A DNA stretch of 64,000 bases from Candidatus Undinarchaeales archaeon (GTDB lineage Archaea > SpSt-1190 > JASMDC01), in the NCBI GenBank assembly GCA_030753015.1, contig JASMDC010000014.1, positions 1-64,000 on the forward strand, given 5' to 3'. The position numbers were made by a program, and so were the translations under genes. Positions 27,686-37,236 of the stretch are shown one piece after another. The notes under the pieces were generated by a model. The model was not told where the DNA came from. It saw only the letters and a list, made by a program, of their open reading frames with translations, and did no database searches. Within the stretch, counting starts at the first letter, position 1. Every line of letters starts with the position of its first letter.

Positions 27686-27786
27686 CGCTCATTATTCGAT
27701 CCCGGGGCCCTTCCGGTCGTGGTACGGACGCCCAATACGATCAGTACAATAGGTTTTTAAGCCACACCACCATAGGCTCTAACAGG

Positions 27787-28278
27787 ATGAGTGGGCACCT
27801 TATGCGTAGGAATCTCACCCTCGGCGATGGAGGTCAGTTCTCTCTTGAGTTCCTGCTCGCCCTCTCGGTCGGTGTCGTCATCCTCGGGTTCGCCGCGTTC
27901 CTCAACACCTACAACTGGCGCAACACGCGTACCAATCTCGACATCCGCGCGACCGAGTCCTTTGTCGACACGGTCGCTGCCAGGGTGTTCGAGGCCAAGG
28001 CCATGGGCAGTAACGCGTCGGTCCTTTCCATCCCCATGAGGGCGCCGGTTGCGGGCATTCGTATAACCAAGCGCGAGACCAATGATCCGGACATGACGGT
28101 GCTCAGGTTCCTCATAGAGGACCAGGAACGGTTCCCCTCCGGTGCGTTCATCGACAAGACCCTACTGTTGAACCCCGACCTCGTGCTTCCGGATAACACC
28201 ACTCTGTTCAACCAGAACGACATCATACTTGTATGGAGCGACAGGCAGGGCCGTATTCGTGTGGGTGATTCGCGATGA
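27787..28278 (+). CDS. Class III signal peptide (type IV prepilin-like) protein
   Basis: GG/QFSLEFLLALSVGVVIL with E at +5. Confidence 0.7.
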   Translation: MSGHLMRRNLTLGDGGQFSLEFLLALSVGVVILGFAAFLNTYNWRNTRTNLDIRATESFVDTVAARVFEAKAMGSNASVLSIPMRAPVAGIRITKRETNDPDMTVLRFLIEDQERFPSGAFIDKTLLLNPDLVLPDNTTLFNQNDIILVWSDRQGRIRVGDSR

Positions 28279-29084
28279 GGACCTCACGCAGGGGATCTGC
28301 GACTCAAGAGCTCCTCTTCATGGTCACGGTGTACATAATCGCTGTCGGATCCCTGGGCTCCTTCATGTCCATGCAGCACCGGCAATACTCCGCCCATGCT
28401 GACTATGAGAGCGCTGCCGTCACTGGCCGGCAGCTTAAAACGGCCATTGACCGTCTCTCGAGCCACAACGGCACGGTGAAGATGCACATACCGTGCAATC
28501 CGAACGAGACCGTCTCGATAGAGTCGGTCACTACGGGTAAGTTCATCATGATGATCGGTGAAGAGGAGATCACACGCTCCGTGCTCAGGGTCCACCCATC
28601 ACCGAACAGCACCATCGACTTCCAGCAACATTTCGCCCTCATCAGGTTCGACCTTTCCAATGATATGGCCGCGCGTATGAAGGAAGTGACGTGCGCCATG
28701 GGGTTCCAGCCCAATCCGAATCCCCCTGGCGGTGGTGGCTGTACACAGTTCTTGGACAAGCTCTTGCATATCTTCCTTGAGGGTGAGCTCTACCGCTCCA
28801 TCTACATATGTGAGGAACTGCACTGCAAGGCCGCAACGACACTCACCATCCACGTCACTTCGGATGATAACGACGTGCTCAGGAACGACTTCAACAAGAT
28901 CAAGTCCATCCTCGAGATGGAGGGCAAGGAGCTCCGCATCACCGTGACGAACAAGCGCAACCAGGATATCATCCTGTCGAGCAATAAAGGCAGTCTTCAG
29001 GACATGTCGCTATCACCTACGACCTGCACGACGGCGAGGTTCCAGACCCTGTGCGTCAGCTCCTACGACGGGAGATGCCCATGA
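28275..29084 (+). CDS. Class III signal peptide (type IV prepilin-like) protein
   Basis: RRG/SATQELLFMVTVYII; ATGA overlap with upstream gene. Confidence 0.65.
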   Translation: MRTSRRGSATQELLFMVTVYIIAVGSLGSFMSMQHRQYSAHADYESAAVTGRQLKTAIDRLSSHNGTVKMHIPCNPNETVSIESVTTGKFIMMIGEEEITRSVLRVHPSPNSTIDFQQHFALIRFDLSNDMAARMKEVTCAMGFQPNPNPPGGGGCTQFLDKLLHIFLEGELYRSIYICEELHCKAATTLTIHVTSDDNDVLRNDFNKIKSILEMEGKELRITVTNKRNQDIILSSNKGSLQDMSLSPTTCTTARFQTLCVSSYDGRCP

Positions 29085-29665
29085 TGCGGCGCAGGCTCGC
29101 TCTTGCCCGACGTGGGCAGGTCTTCGCCATGGATGGTCTGCTGGCGATAGTTATCATCCTGCTCCTCGTATCACTCATCCGCTCGGCCCGCACTCGTCTT
29201 GCCACCGAACGCTCCGAGTGGGCGGCCCGGTTCCAGCTGGAGAAGAACGCCAACGACCTCATCGACGCCCTGGTGCGAGAACCGGGTCAGCTCTTGAGCG
29301 GCGCTGTATGGGAATGCGTTCCACCGACATGTGCGGTCTCCACGATCAGACGCCCGGGTCTTGCCTACATCGATCCGGTCCGTAACCTTGAGAGACCATC
29401 AGTGCTCGATCAGCGCAAGGTCAATGCCTTCTTCACGGACCATGTCACCGACTCTGAGGAGCTCATCAAGGACTTCGCACCTTATGTCCATATACAACTC
29501 GCACCGAACCGTGGAGCTGGTGGCCTCACCATCGAGATCGGGGACACTAACCGCACGACCAATCCCCGACTCGAGAAGGTGAGCATCACACGGGTAGTTG
29601 TAGTGCTCGAACCCGGGAGCGGTTCGCGGCGCACGGAGTTCCTGACGCTCACGTTGGCCCAGTGA
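29081..29665 (+). CDS. Class III signal peptide (type IV prepilin-like) protein
   Basis: RRG/QVFAMDGLLAIVIILLLV; ATGA overlap at 29081 after GGAGA. Confidence 0.7.
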   Translation: MMRRRLALARRGQVFAMDGLLAIVIILLLVSLIRSARTRLATERSEWAARFQLEKNANDLIDALVREPGQLLSGAVWECVPPTCAVSTIRRPGLAYIDPVRNLERPSVLDQRKVNAFFTDHVTDSEELIKDFAPYVHIQLAPNRGAGGLTIEIGDTNRTTNPRLEKVSITRVVVVLEPGSGSRRTEFLTLTLAQ

Positions 29666-29666
29666 T

Positions 29667-30164
29667 TCAACCGCGCCGTGTCTTGACAAGGGCAACCTGG
29701 AAGCCAATGAATGCCAAGATTAGCACACCGATGAACACTGTCATCGATTCCTGCACGAACTTGAGCTTGAAACCCATATACACGAAGGTCAGCCCCCCGA
29801 TCGCGAAACAGGATCCTGAGACCACCTCGAGCATCCGGCCGAGCTTCTCCTGTTCTCGCATCCCCCTGTAATAGGTCGCGAAGAGGTAGCATACTGCCGC
29901 GAGGAAGAAGAACTGTGACGACCAGTAGTAGGAGGTGACAAGTTGGCCCAGAGTGTCGCGGGCCTTGTCGGCACCCTCGGAGAGCACGATGTACTCTGCC
30001 TTATAGGATACCATATTGACGCGGAATAGGATCGTGACCATGAAGAACCCGACAACGAGGCATACTGAGAAGGTGAGCCGCTCGATCGAGCGAAGCCGGT
30101 CCTCCAAAGCGACCAGCATCTCGAGGATCTTGTCCTGCCGCTCGTCCGACGTCTTCCCAGGCAT
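29667..30164 (-). CDS. Four-TM membrane protein
   Basis: MPGKTSDER start; four hydrophobic segments. The longer ORF-track start overlaps the divergent gene. Confidence 0.6.
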   Translation of the reverse strand: MPGKTSDERQDKILEMLVALEDRLRSIERLTFSVCLVVGFFMVTILFRVNMVSYKAEYIVLSEGADKARDTLGQLVTSYYWSSQFFFLAAVCYLFATYYRGMREQEKLGRMLEVVSGSCFAIGGLTFVYMGFKLKFVQESMTVFIGVLILAFIGFQVALVKTRRG

Positions 30165-30216
30165 GGCCTTGGCAGGTCCAACAAGCTTTATATTGATTCG
30201 CGGCATGCTCTCGACC

Positions 30217-31047
30217 ATGGGGTATCGGCGTATTCTGTTGGTCGCGGCGACCGTGCTCCTTCTTCTCGCTTCTGCCGCATGCGAGGTCACTGACGTGACG
30301 CTCACCTGTTCGATAGAGGGCGATACTTCTCGATGCGTACTCACGGGAGGGCGGACGCTCGAGCCCCACTTCGGTATCTTGCAGCGTGCACAGGAGCACT
30401 CCTTTGAGGGTGAAGACCTTCGATACACCGTTGATAACATCTTCCCCCTGGAGGGGCACGCGCTCCTGGTCGATATATTCGAACCTACCTGTATCCTGCG
30501 TGACCTTTCGATCACTTATGACCTCGGCTCTTACGAGGTGGTCATCGACAACAGCTCGATACGCTCTCTCCCCCTCCCCCCGGATCTGAGGGTCCTCGAA
30601 GGCAAGGTCGAGCTCAAACGGACCATCCATGACGGTACGCTCACTATCGTGGTCCCCCTTCGGCGACGACAGGGCCGTGTGCTCTCGTCCTTGTTCGATA
30701 TCTTTCTCGCGCTATATGCTGCAGCAATTATCATCATCATACTGGTCTTCTCCAGGTCCATCGAGAAGCAGCGTGAAAAAGAGACAACTCCGCGCACGAC
30801 CCGCGAGGACTTCTCATATCTTCTTGCGATGCTTACCAAGGACGAGGAGATGGTGCTCGATACACTGCTTGGGAGCGAGGGTATGACACAGCGTGAGGTG
30901 AGACGCACGACCGGCTTCTCCGCACCCAAGTTGACCCGCATCCTCGCAGGGCTCGAGGGACGCAGCATCATCCGTCGAGAACCCGTCGGAAGGACCAAGA
31001 AGGTCTACCTATCCGGCGAGGTGAAGTACCAGAAACGAGGGATGTAG
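30217..31047 (+). CDS. Membrane-anchored protein with extracellular domain and C-terminal winged-HTH (COG2512-like)
   Basis: Signal peptide, TM, then LTKDEEMVL...GMTQREV...FSAPKLTRILAGLEGRSIIRREPVGRTKKVYL. Confidence 0.8.
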   Translation: MGYRRILLVAATVLLLLASAACEVTDVTLTCSIEGDTSRCVLTGGRTLEPHFGILQRAQEHSFEGEDLRYTVDNIFPLEGHALLVDIFEPTCILRDLSITYDLGSYEVVIDNSSIRSLPLPPDLRVLEGKVELKRTIHDGTLTIVVPLRRRQGRVLSSLFDIFLALYAAAIIIIILVFSRSIEKQREKETTPRTTREDFSYLLAMLTKDEEMVLDTLLGSEGMTQREVRRTTGFSAPKLTRILAGLEGRSIIRREPVGRTKKVYLSGEVKYQKRGM

Positions 31048-31105
31048 TGTAAATTTGGGTTATTGAGCCCGAGGGGTTCTAGCCCTGTGGTGCCTGCTCC
31101 TGTTG

Positions 31106-32134
31106 CTATTGAGGAGCATACCCTTGCTCTGGCGCCTGTTTCCGATCTGGTTCCGACGGCCCTACGCCGTCCGCTTTATTCCCGACCTCTCCGGCCGCGA
31201 CATCGGCGATGAGGTTCTTGAAGCTGTCCTCGGATTTCGTTGCGGTCTTCATTTCCGCCCCTTCATTGAGCCCGGACGTGTACTTGTACTCGCCGCTGTA
31301 CGCGATGCAGTTCTTGCAGCAGTAGTTCGTACCGTCGTTGATGAAGCAAACCGAACACACCTTCGACTTGCACTGTGGGCACTCGAAGAGATCTTCCTTC
31401 TCCTCGTTGCACACAGCACATATATCGGCCTTCTTCCTCTTGATGATCCCCATCTTGTAGAGAACGATGACGATAGCCAGAACGATAACGATAAAACCGA
31501 TCGCGAACTGGGTCTGTGATGGATACCATGGGGGGGTCATCGTTTCGATCATCTCGGACGTGAGCCCGTAGTGAGCCTCCACGCGGATGAGAAGAATAGC
31601 AAGGGCGCTTTCTTCGACGGCGAGCACGACCTGGTTATCTCCGACCTGGAGAGAACAGTCACCTCCAGTGACGTTGAAAACGTGCCAGTCCTCATCAAGG
31701 ACAACACATTCATCGTGGGTGATCATTCCGCAATGCATCTCGATAATGCCCATGTCACAGCAGGACGCGGGATCCGTGTGATCGGTGCAGAATGAGACCT
31801 TTATCGATGTGCTGTCAAGCACGCCCTTTTCCCTGTCCGCTTCGACCGTGGTCCATATCTTGAGCCCGTCCACCTTCACGATCTCGGGAGTGCTCATGGT
31901 CAGGACTATCGGTGCTGAGCCATCCGCAGGGATGAACGCGGCAGCTTCCTTCGAATTGGCACTGCATATAGGTACGGATCCGGGCTGAGAGGGACATCGC
32001 ATCAGGTTATCGATGAGATTATCGACCCCTCTAGCCACGACGTAGTCTGCGGCACCCAGCGCTATCGAGAGAAGTAGTACTGCGACAATTACCCGCACTC
32101 CAGACCTTTCTCTCGATTTCATCAGGTCACTCAC
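31106..32134 (-). CDS. Secreted-domain membrane protein with cytoplasmic Cys-rich Zn finger
   Basis: Signal peptide, Cys-containing beta-rich ectodomain, TM plus KRKK, then CAVC...CPQC...CSVC...CCKNC. Confidence 0.7.
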   Translation of the reverse strand: MSDLMKSRERSGVRVIVAVLLLSIALGAADYVVARGVDNLIDNLMRCPSQPGSVPICSANSKEAAAFIPADGSAPIVLTMSTPEIVKVDGLKIWTTVEADREKGVLDSTSIKVSFCTDHTDPASCCDMGIIEMHCGMITHDECVVLDEDWHVFNVTGGDCSLQVGDNQVVLAVEESALAILLIRVEAHYGLTSEMIETMTPPWYPSQTQFAIGFIVIVLAIVIVLYKMGIIKRKKADICAVCNEEKEDLFECPQCKSKVCSVCFINDGTNYCCKNCIAYSGEYKYTSGLNEGAEMKTATKSEDSFKNLIADVAAGEVGNKADGVGPSEPDRKQAPEQGYAPQ

Positions 32135-32234
32135 CGCGTGCGCTGCCGCTGCGCTCTGCCAAATCAGAACGCTTTCTGTTTTATAAAACTGAGCCGGGAG
32201 CGGACTATTCTCATTCTATAGGTCAGATCACAGA

Positions 32235-32888
32235 TCAGACATCCCCGGTGCTCATCCTAGGTTCAGGTCCTACCCACGCCACCCGTTCCACCCACGTCAC
32301 CCACATGAGGAAGAGCACGAGTATGAGCCCCTCCCGCCAGAGGAAGGTATGCCATAGGTCGAACCACTCGGTCCCCCACCGGTGCACGATCCATGCAAGA
32401 GAGGAGAGCCGGACGATGTTCACCAGATAGATAACGGGGTATCCGATAGCGATCCCAAGGAGCCTACGGTGCAAGCTGGTCCCGGGAAGGGCGAACACCA
32501 GGGCGGTGAATGCCATGATCGACCGCCATCCAGTGCATGCTTCCACGATCTCGATGTACGTAACCAGGGGTTCTGCGGGGACGTGGAGGAGTATGCCCGC
32601 GGTGCAGGGCCCACACATGGTGATGTTCCCTCCGGCCATGCAGAAGTCCGTGCATCCCTGAACGAGCGTGGTCTCGCCACCGACGACCCGGGCGACGAAC
32701 GCTGTGTGGGAAGCGACCACTCGCTGGAGCGGTAGCAGGCCCACACCCGTGTCCAGTAGAAGGTAGAACGGGAGCGATAACGCGATGAACCGTAGCATGA
32801 AGAAGAGCACAAGGAGAAGCCGTCGGTCCGTATCCGTCGCCGGTTTGCCACCGAGACGCTCGAACGGCCTCACGAGCGGGTTCTCCAT
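32235..32888 (-). CDS. Archaeosortase/exosortase family transpeptidase
   Basis: IVEACTG (Cys), NIVRL (Arg), WHTFLW (His) triad in a multi-TM protein. Confidence 0.85.
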   Translation of the reverse strand: MENPLVRPFERLGGKPATDTDRRLLLVLFFMLRFIALSLPFYLLLDTGVGLLPLQRVVASHTAFVARVVGGETTLVQGCTDFCMAGGNITMCGPCTAGILLHVPAEPLVTYIEIVEACTGWRSIMAFTALVFALPGTSLHRRLLGIAIGYPVIYLVNIVRLSSLAWIVHRWGTEWFDLWHTFLWREGLILVLFLMWVTWVERVAWVGPEPRMSTGDV

Positions 32889-32979
32889 TGTTGACAGTGT
32901 GTCGGAGAATACATAAAAGCATGATGGCGCGGGGCCGCCCTCGATAACCTTAATAGGTTTAGGTGGCAGGTGTCGCACC

Positions 32980-34416
32980 ATGGCCTGGGATGGTGCCCTT
33001 GAGCAGGTTTCTGACGTTATATGGGAGATCCCCAGCGACCATGACATGAGGGTGCCGGTCCGTGTGTACGGGAGCAAGAGGATCGTCACCACCATGCGAC
33101 GGGACAAGACCTTTGAGCAGGCGACGAACGTGGCCAAGCTACCAGGGATCATCTCCCGGTCATTCGTCATGCCCGACGGCCATCAGGGTTATGGATTCCC
33201 TATAGGCGGGGTCGCCGCCTTCTCGCTCGAGGACGGCGTGGTCTCGCCCGGCGGCGTGGGATACGACATCAACTGTGGTGTCCGTCTCCTGACAACGCCG
33301 TTGACCGGTGAAGAGATCCGACCTCGAATCAAGGAGCTCCTTCCGACGCTCTTCAGGAACATCCCCTCCGGAGTTGGTAGCAAGGGCCGGTTGCGCGTTG
33401 GCGGACGTCAACTCGAGGAGGTCATGGAGCAGGGTGCACGCTGGGCCGTGGACAACGGTTACGGTACAACGGCCGACCTTGAGCACATGGAGGAGAGCGG
33501 ATGCATCGCGGGCGCTGATCCGAGCAGGATCGATGTACGGGCCCGGAAGCGCGGGGTACCCCAGTTGGGGACGCTGGGTGCCGGTAACCACTTCCTTGAG
33601 GTGCAGGAGGTTGCGGAAGTGTACGACGAGCATGCTGCCAAGGCCTTCGGCGTGGAGGAGGGGCAAGCGATGGTCATGCTCCATTGCGGCTCCCGCGGAT
33701 TCGGCCACCAGGTGTGCAGTGACTATGTGAAGATAATGCTCGCTGCGTCGCGAGCATATGGGATCACGCTCCCCGACAAAGAGCTGGCTTGCGCTCCACT
33801 TGGAAGCCGTGAGGCCGATAACTATCTGGCCGCGATGTTCTGTGCTGTCAACTATGCGTTCTGCAACAGGCAGGTCATGACGCACTGGGTGAGGGAGAGC
33901 TTCAAGCAGGTGCTCGGAGGAGATCCTGATCTGCGCCTTGTGTACGACGTGTGTCACAATATCGCCAAGCTGGAAGAGCACGATGTGGATGGCAAGCGGT
34001 CAATGGTGTGCGTTCACAGGAAGGGTGCGACCCGAGCCTTCGGTCCAGGACGTAGTGAGGTCCCTGCCGACTATCGGGACGTGGGTCAGCCGGTGATCAT
34101 TCCTGGTGACATGGGCACGGAGTCCTATCTCCTCGCAGGCACGGAAAAAGCCATGAGTGAATGCTTCGGTTCCACCTGCCACGGAGCGGGTAGGGTAATG
34201 AGTCGCCACCAGGCAGTTCGCGAGTTCGGAGGGAATGCGCTGAAACAAGAACTGTCCGACAGGGGTATCGCTGTAATGGCCACGAATCCGAAGATCCTTG
34301 CCGAGGAGGCCCCGGGCGCCTACAAGAACGTGTCGGCCGTGGTCGACTCAGTCCAAGTTGCAGGTCTGGCCCGTAAGGTTGCTCGTATGGTACCACTGGC
34401 CGTCGCGAAGGGATAA
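32980..34416 (+). CDS. rtcB: RNA-splicing ligase RtcB
   Basis: MPDGHQGYGFPIGGV, GYDINCGVR, GTLGAGNHFLE, HRKGAT, IPGDMG, STCHGAGR, EEAPGAYK. Confidence 0.98.
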   Translation: MAWDGALEQVSDVIWEIPSDHDMRVPVRVYGSKRIVTTMRRDKTFEQATNVAKLPGIISRSFVMPDGHQGYGFPIGGVAAFSLEDGVVSPGGVGYDINCGVRLLTTPLTGEEIRPRIKELLPTLFRNIPSGVGSKGRLRVGGRQLEEVMEQGARWAVDNGYGTTADLEHMEESGCIAGADPSRIDVRARKRGVPQLGTLGAGNHFLEVQEVAEVYDEHAAKAFGVEEGQAMVMLHCGSRGFGHQVCSDYVKIMLAASRAYGITLPDKELACAPLGSREADNYLAAMFCAVNYAFCNRQVMTHWVRESFKQVLGGDPDLRLVYDVCHNIAKLEEHDVDGKRSMVCVHRKGATRAFGPGRSEVPADYRDVGQPVIIPGDMGTESYLLAGTEKAMSECFGSTCHGAGRVMSRHQAVREFGGNALKQELSDRGIAVMATNPKILAEEAPGAYKNVSAVVDSVQVAGLARKVARMVPLAVAKG

Positions 34417-35204
34417 TGGCCATGGCACCCATTACCGGCCTCATCGTGGACATCGACGGTGTTGTCTACCGCGGCAGCACACCGTTGCCTGGCGCCATTG
34501 ACGCGATCAACGCGCTCTCGGAACGGCTCAAGGTCCTTTTCCTTACCAACAACTCGACACGTTCACGGGCCCAGTACCGTGAGAGGCTCTCATCCATGGG
34601 CATTGACATGGAGCGCTGTTCTGTACTCAACTCGTCACGGGCAACAGCACTGCACCTTTCCCGCTCCGGTATACACAGTACCCTAGTCATCGGGGAGAGT
34701 GGTCTTGTGGACGAGCTCGTGCTCGAGGGGATCCAGATCGTTGACCGCAATGCAGAGGCCGTTGTCGTCGGTCTTGACCGATCGTTCTCCTACGAGAAGA
34801 TGGCAGCAGGCCTCAGGGAGGTCCTGGGAGGTGCCACGTTCGTGGCAACGAATCCGGATCCCACAATCCCTGATGAGGAAGGCCTCCTCCCCGGCAACGG
34901 GGCCCAGGTCGCTGCCCTACAGCGTGCGTCCGGCGTGGAGCCGCTGGTTGTGGGAAAACCCGAGCACATCATCATGGACATCGCCCTGGACGAATTGGGT
35001 ACATCTCCCGAGCACATCCTCACGATCGGTGATAGGTTGGACACCGACATACTCGCAGGTATACGTGCAGGCACCAAGACATGTCTGGTGCTCACGGGTG
35101 CCACGGGGAGGGACGATCTGAAAGAGACGGACATCCGCCCCGACCACGTCCTTGAGAGCATCGCTGACCTACCTGCGCTCCTCGACTCCCTCGAACGCCA
35201 GTGA
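34416..35204 (+). CDS. HAD-IIA hydrolase (NagD family)
   Basis: DIDGV, FLTNNS, ATNPD, GKP, IGDRLDTDI. Confidence 0.93.
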   Translation: MAMAPITGLIVDIDGVVYRGSTPLPGAIDAINALSERLKVLFLTNNSTRSRAQYRERLSSMGIDMERCSVLNSSRATALHLSRSGIHSTLVIGESGLVDELVLEGIQIVDRNAEAVVVGLDRSFSYEKMAAGLREVLGGATFVATNPDPTIPDEEGLLPGNGAQVAALQRASGVEPLVVGKPEHIIMDIALDELGTSPEHILTIGDRLDTDILAGIRAGTKTCLVLTGATGRDDLKETDIRPDHVLESIADLPALLDSLERQ

Positions 35205-35370
35205 CACGGCGTTAGCGTAAAACCTTTAAGGCTGCGGCGAGATACAAAGTGGTGGTGGCGTCGTGACCTGGCGCGGCGTGCCTCCATGTGAGCCGTTCAT
35301 GTAACTCCCGGCGCACAGAGTGAACCTACGGGCTCCGTGAGACACAAGTCAGGGAAAATGGGGGGTCACG

Positions 35371-37176
35371 ATGGCAAAGGGTTCAACGAAAAAGGAACGG
35401 AACGTAAAGAAGGGTCTTTCTGAGGAGGAGTCACGCTACCGCGGACTGTTCGAGTATTCGCCCATATCCCTATGGGAGGAAGACTTCACGGCCCTTAAGA
35501 GCTTCTTCGATGACCTTCAGAAAAAGGGTGTCAAGGATTTCCGGAAGTACTTCGAGGGCCATCCCGAGGCGGTGGAAAAGTGCGCAGGCATCGTCAATGT
35601 CATCGATGTCAACAAGCGTACTCTCGACCTCTATAAGGCCAAGAGCAAGAAAGAACTGCTCTTGGGGCTCCCGAAGGTATTCGGTGAGGAGTCATTCCCT
35701 GTCTTCAGGGAAGAGATCATCGCGCTCGCTGAGGGAAAGACCACGTTCGAGAGCGAGGCGGTCAACAAGACCCTGAAGGGGGACCGCATCGGCATCCGTC
35801 TGAGCCTTGCCGTGGCACCCGGATATGAAGGAACGCTCTTCAAGGTCTTCGTTTCCATTCTCGATATCACCAAGCGTAAGCGAGCTGAGGCGGCGCTCAA
35901 CAGGAGGCTCAAGGTGGAGGAGACCATCACGGGGGTTTCGTCACGGTTCGTCAACGTGACCGACATGGACACCGCCATCACGGCCACGCTCGCTGACATG
36001 GGGACACTTTCCGGCGCCAGCCGCTCTTATCTGTTCAAGTTACGCGACGAGCAGCGCATGATGGACAACACCCATGAATGGTGCAGCAAGGGAGTAGAGT
36101 CCCAGAAGGAGAATCTGCAAGGTCTCCCTTCGGACATGTTGCCCTGGTGGATGTCAAAGCTCATGAAGCAAGAGCTCATCCACATCACTGACGTCTCGGA
36201 GCTGCCCAAGGAAGCCGCTGCCGAGCGAGAGATCCTCGAGGAGCAGGACATCAAGTCCCTCCTGGTGCTCCCGGTGTTGGTCGGGGGCGAGCTTTCTGGA
36301 TTCCTTGGCTTCGACAACGTCGAGGATATCGGGGAATGGAGCGAAGAGAACGTTACCCTCCTCAGGGTTGGGGCCGAGATCATCGGTAACGCCCTGGAGC
36401 GGCAACGGAGCGAGGAGGCTCTGAGGGAGAGCGAACAGCGCATCCGGCTCCTGTTCGACTGCGCGCCGGTGGGGATCCTCACATCTGACAAGACCGGCAC
36501 CATCCTTGCTGTTAATCCAGCCATCCTCAAGATCCTCGGTTCGCCCTCGGCGGAGGCCACGAAAGCGATCAACCTCCTTACCTTCCCCCCGCTGGTCGAC
36601 GCGGGTGTGTCTGCGGATTTCCGCCAATGCCTGGACACTGGCGAGATCACGGTCTCAGAGCACCCGTATACGACCGCTTGGGGGAAGAAGATCCACCTAC
36701 GGTACCACCTCTCGCCGATCAAGGATGAGGATGGCACCGTCGCCCGTGTGCTCGCCGTCGTCGAGGACTTCACCGCGCTGAAGGAAGCCCAGGACGCGCT
36801 CCGGACGAGCGAGGAGCTCTTCCGAGCGATCTTCGATCGCTCTGCGGTGGGTATCGCCCGCATGCACCTTGATGGTCGGATCTTCGAGACCAATCTTGCG
36901 CTCCAGCGCTTCTTCGGCTATTCTGGTGACGAACTACGTGGTAAGCTCGTGTTCGACCTCTCGCACCCGGAGGACATGCTCAAGGACTACGCCCTCCTCA
37001 AAGAGATGGTCGATGGGAAACGCGACCACTACCAGATCGAGAAGCGGTTCTTCAAGAAGAACGGCTCTGAGGTCAGGGGGAACCTCAACGCATCCATGAT
37101 GCACGATCCCACCGGTAAGCCGGAGTTCATCGTGGCAGTGGTCGAGGACATCACTGAGCGCAAGAACGCGAAATAA
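35371..37176 (+). CDS. PAS-GAF-PAS-PAS sensor protein without output domain
   Basis: YRGLFEYSPISLWEEDF..DITKRK (PAS), SRSYLF..NTHEWC..GFLGFDNV (GAF), two further PAS ending EDITERK. Confidence 0.88.
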   Translation: MAKGSTKKERNVKKGLSEEESRYRGLFEYSPISLWEEDFTALKSFFDDLQKKGVKDFRKYFEGHPEAVEKCAGIVNVIDVNKRTLDLYKAKSKKELLLGLPKVFGEESFPVFREEIIALAEGKTTFESEAVNKTLKGDRIGIRLSLAVAPGYEGTLFKVFVSILDITKRKRAEAALNRRLKVEETITGVSSRFVNVTDMDTAITATLADMGTLSGASRSYLFKLRDEQRMMDNTHEWCSKGVESQKENLQGLPSDMLPWWMSKLMKQELIHITDVSELPKEAAAEREILEEQDIKSLLVLPVLVGGELSGFLGFDNVEDIGEWSEENVTLLRVGAEIIGNALERQRSEEALRESEQRIRLLFDCAPVGILTSDKTGTILAVNPAILKILGSPSAEATKAINLLTFPPLVDAGVSADFRQCLDTGEITVSEHPYTTAWGKKIHLRYHLSPIKDEDGTVARVLAVVEDFTALKEAQDALRTSEELFRAIFDRSAVGIARMHLDGRIFETNLALQRFFGYSGDELRGKLVFDLSHPEDMLKDYALLKEMVDGKRDHYQIEKRFFKKNGSEVRGNLNASMMHDPTGKPEFIVAVVEDITERKNAK

Positions 37177-37236
37177 AGCGGGGAGTACGAAAGCTCAAGT
37201 CTACATTTATAAACCGGGGATCGGGCAATCGCCGGC

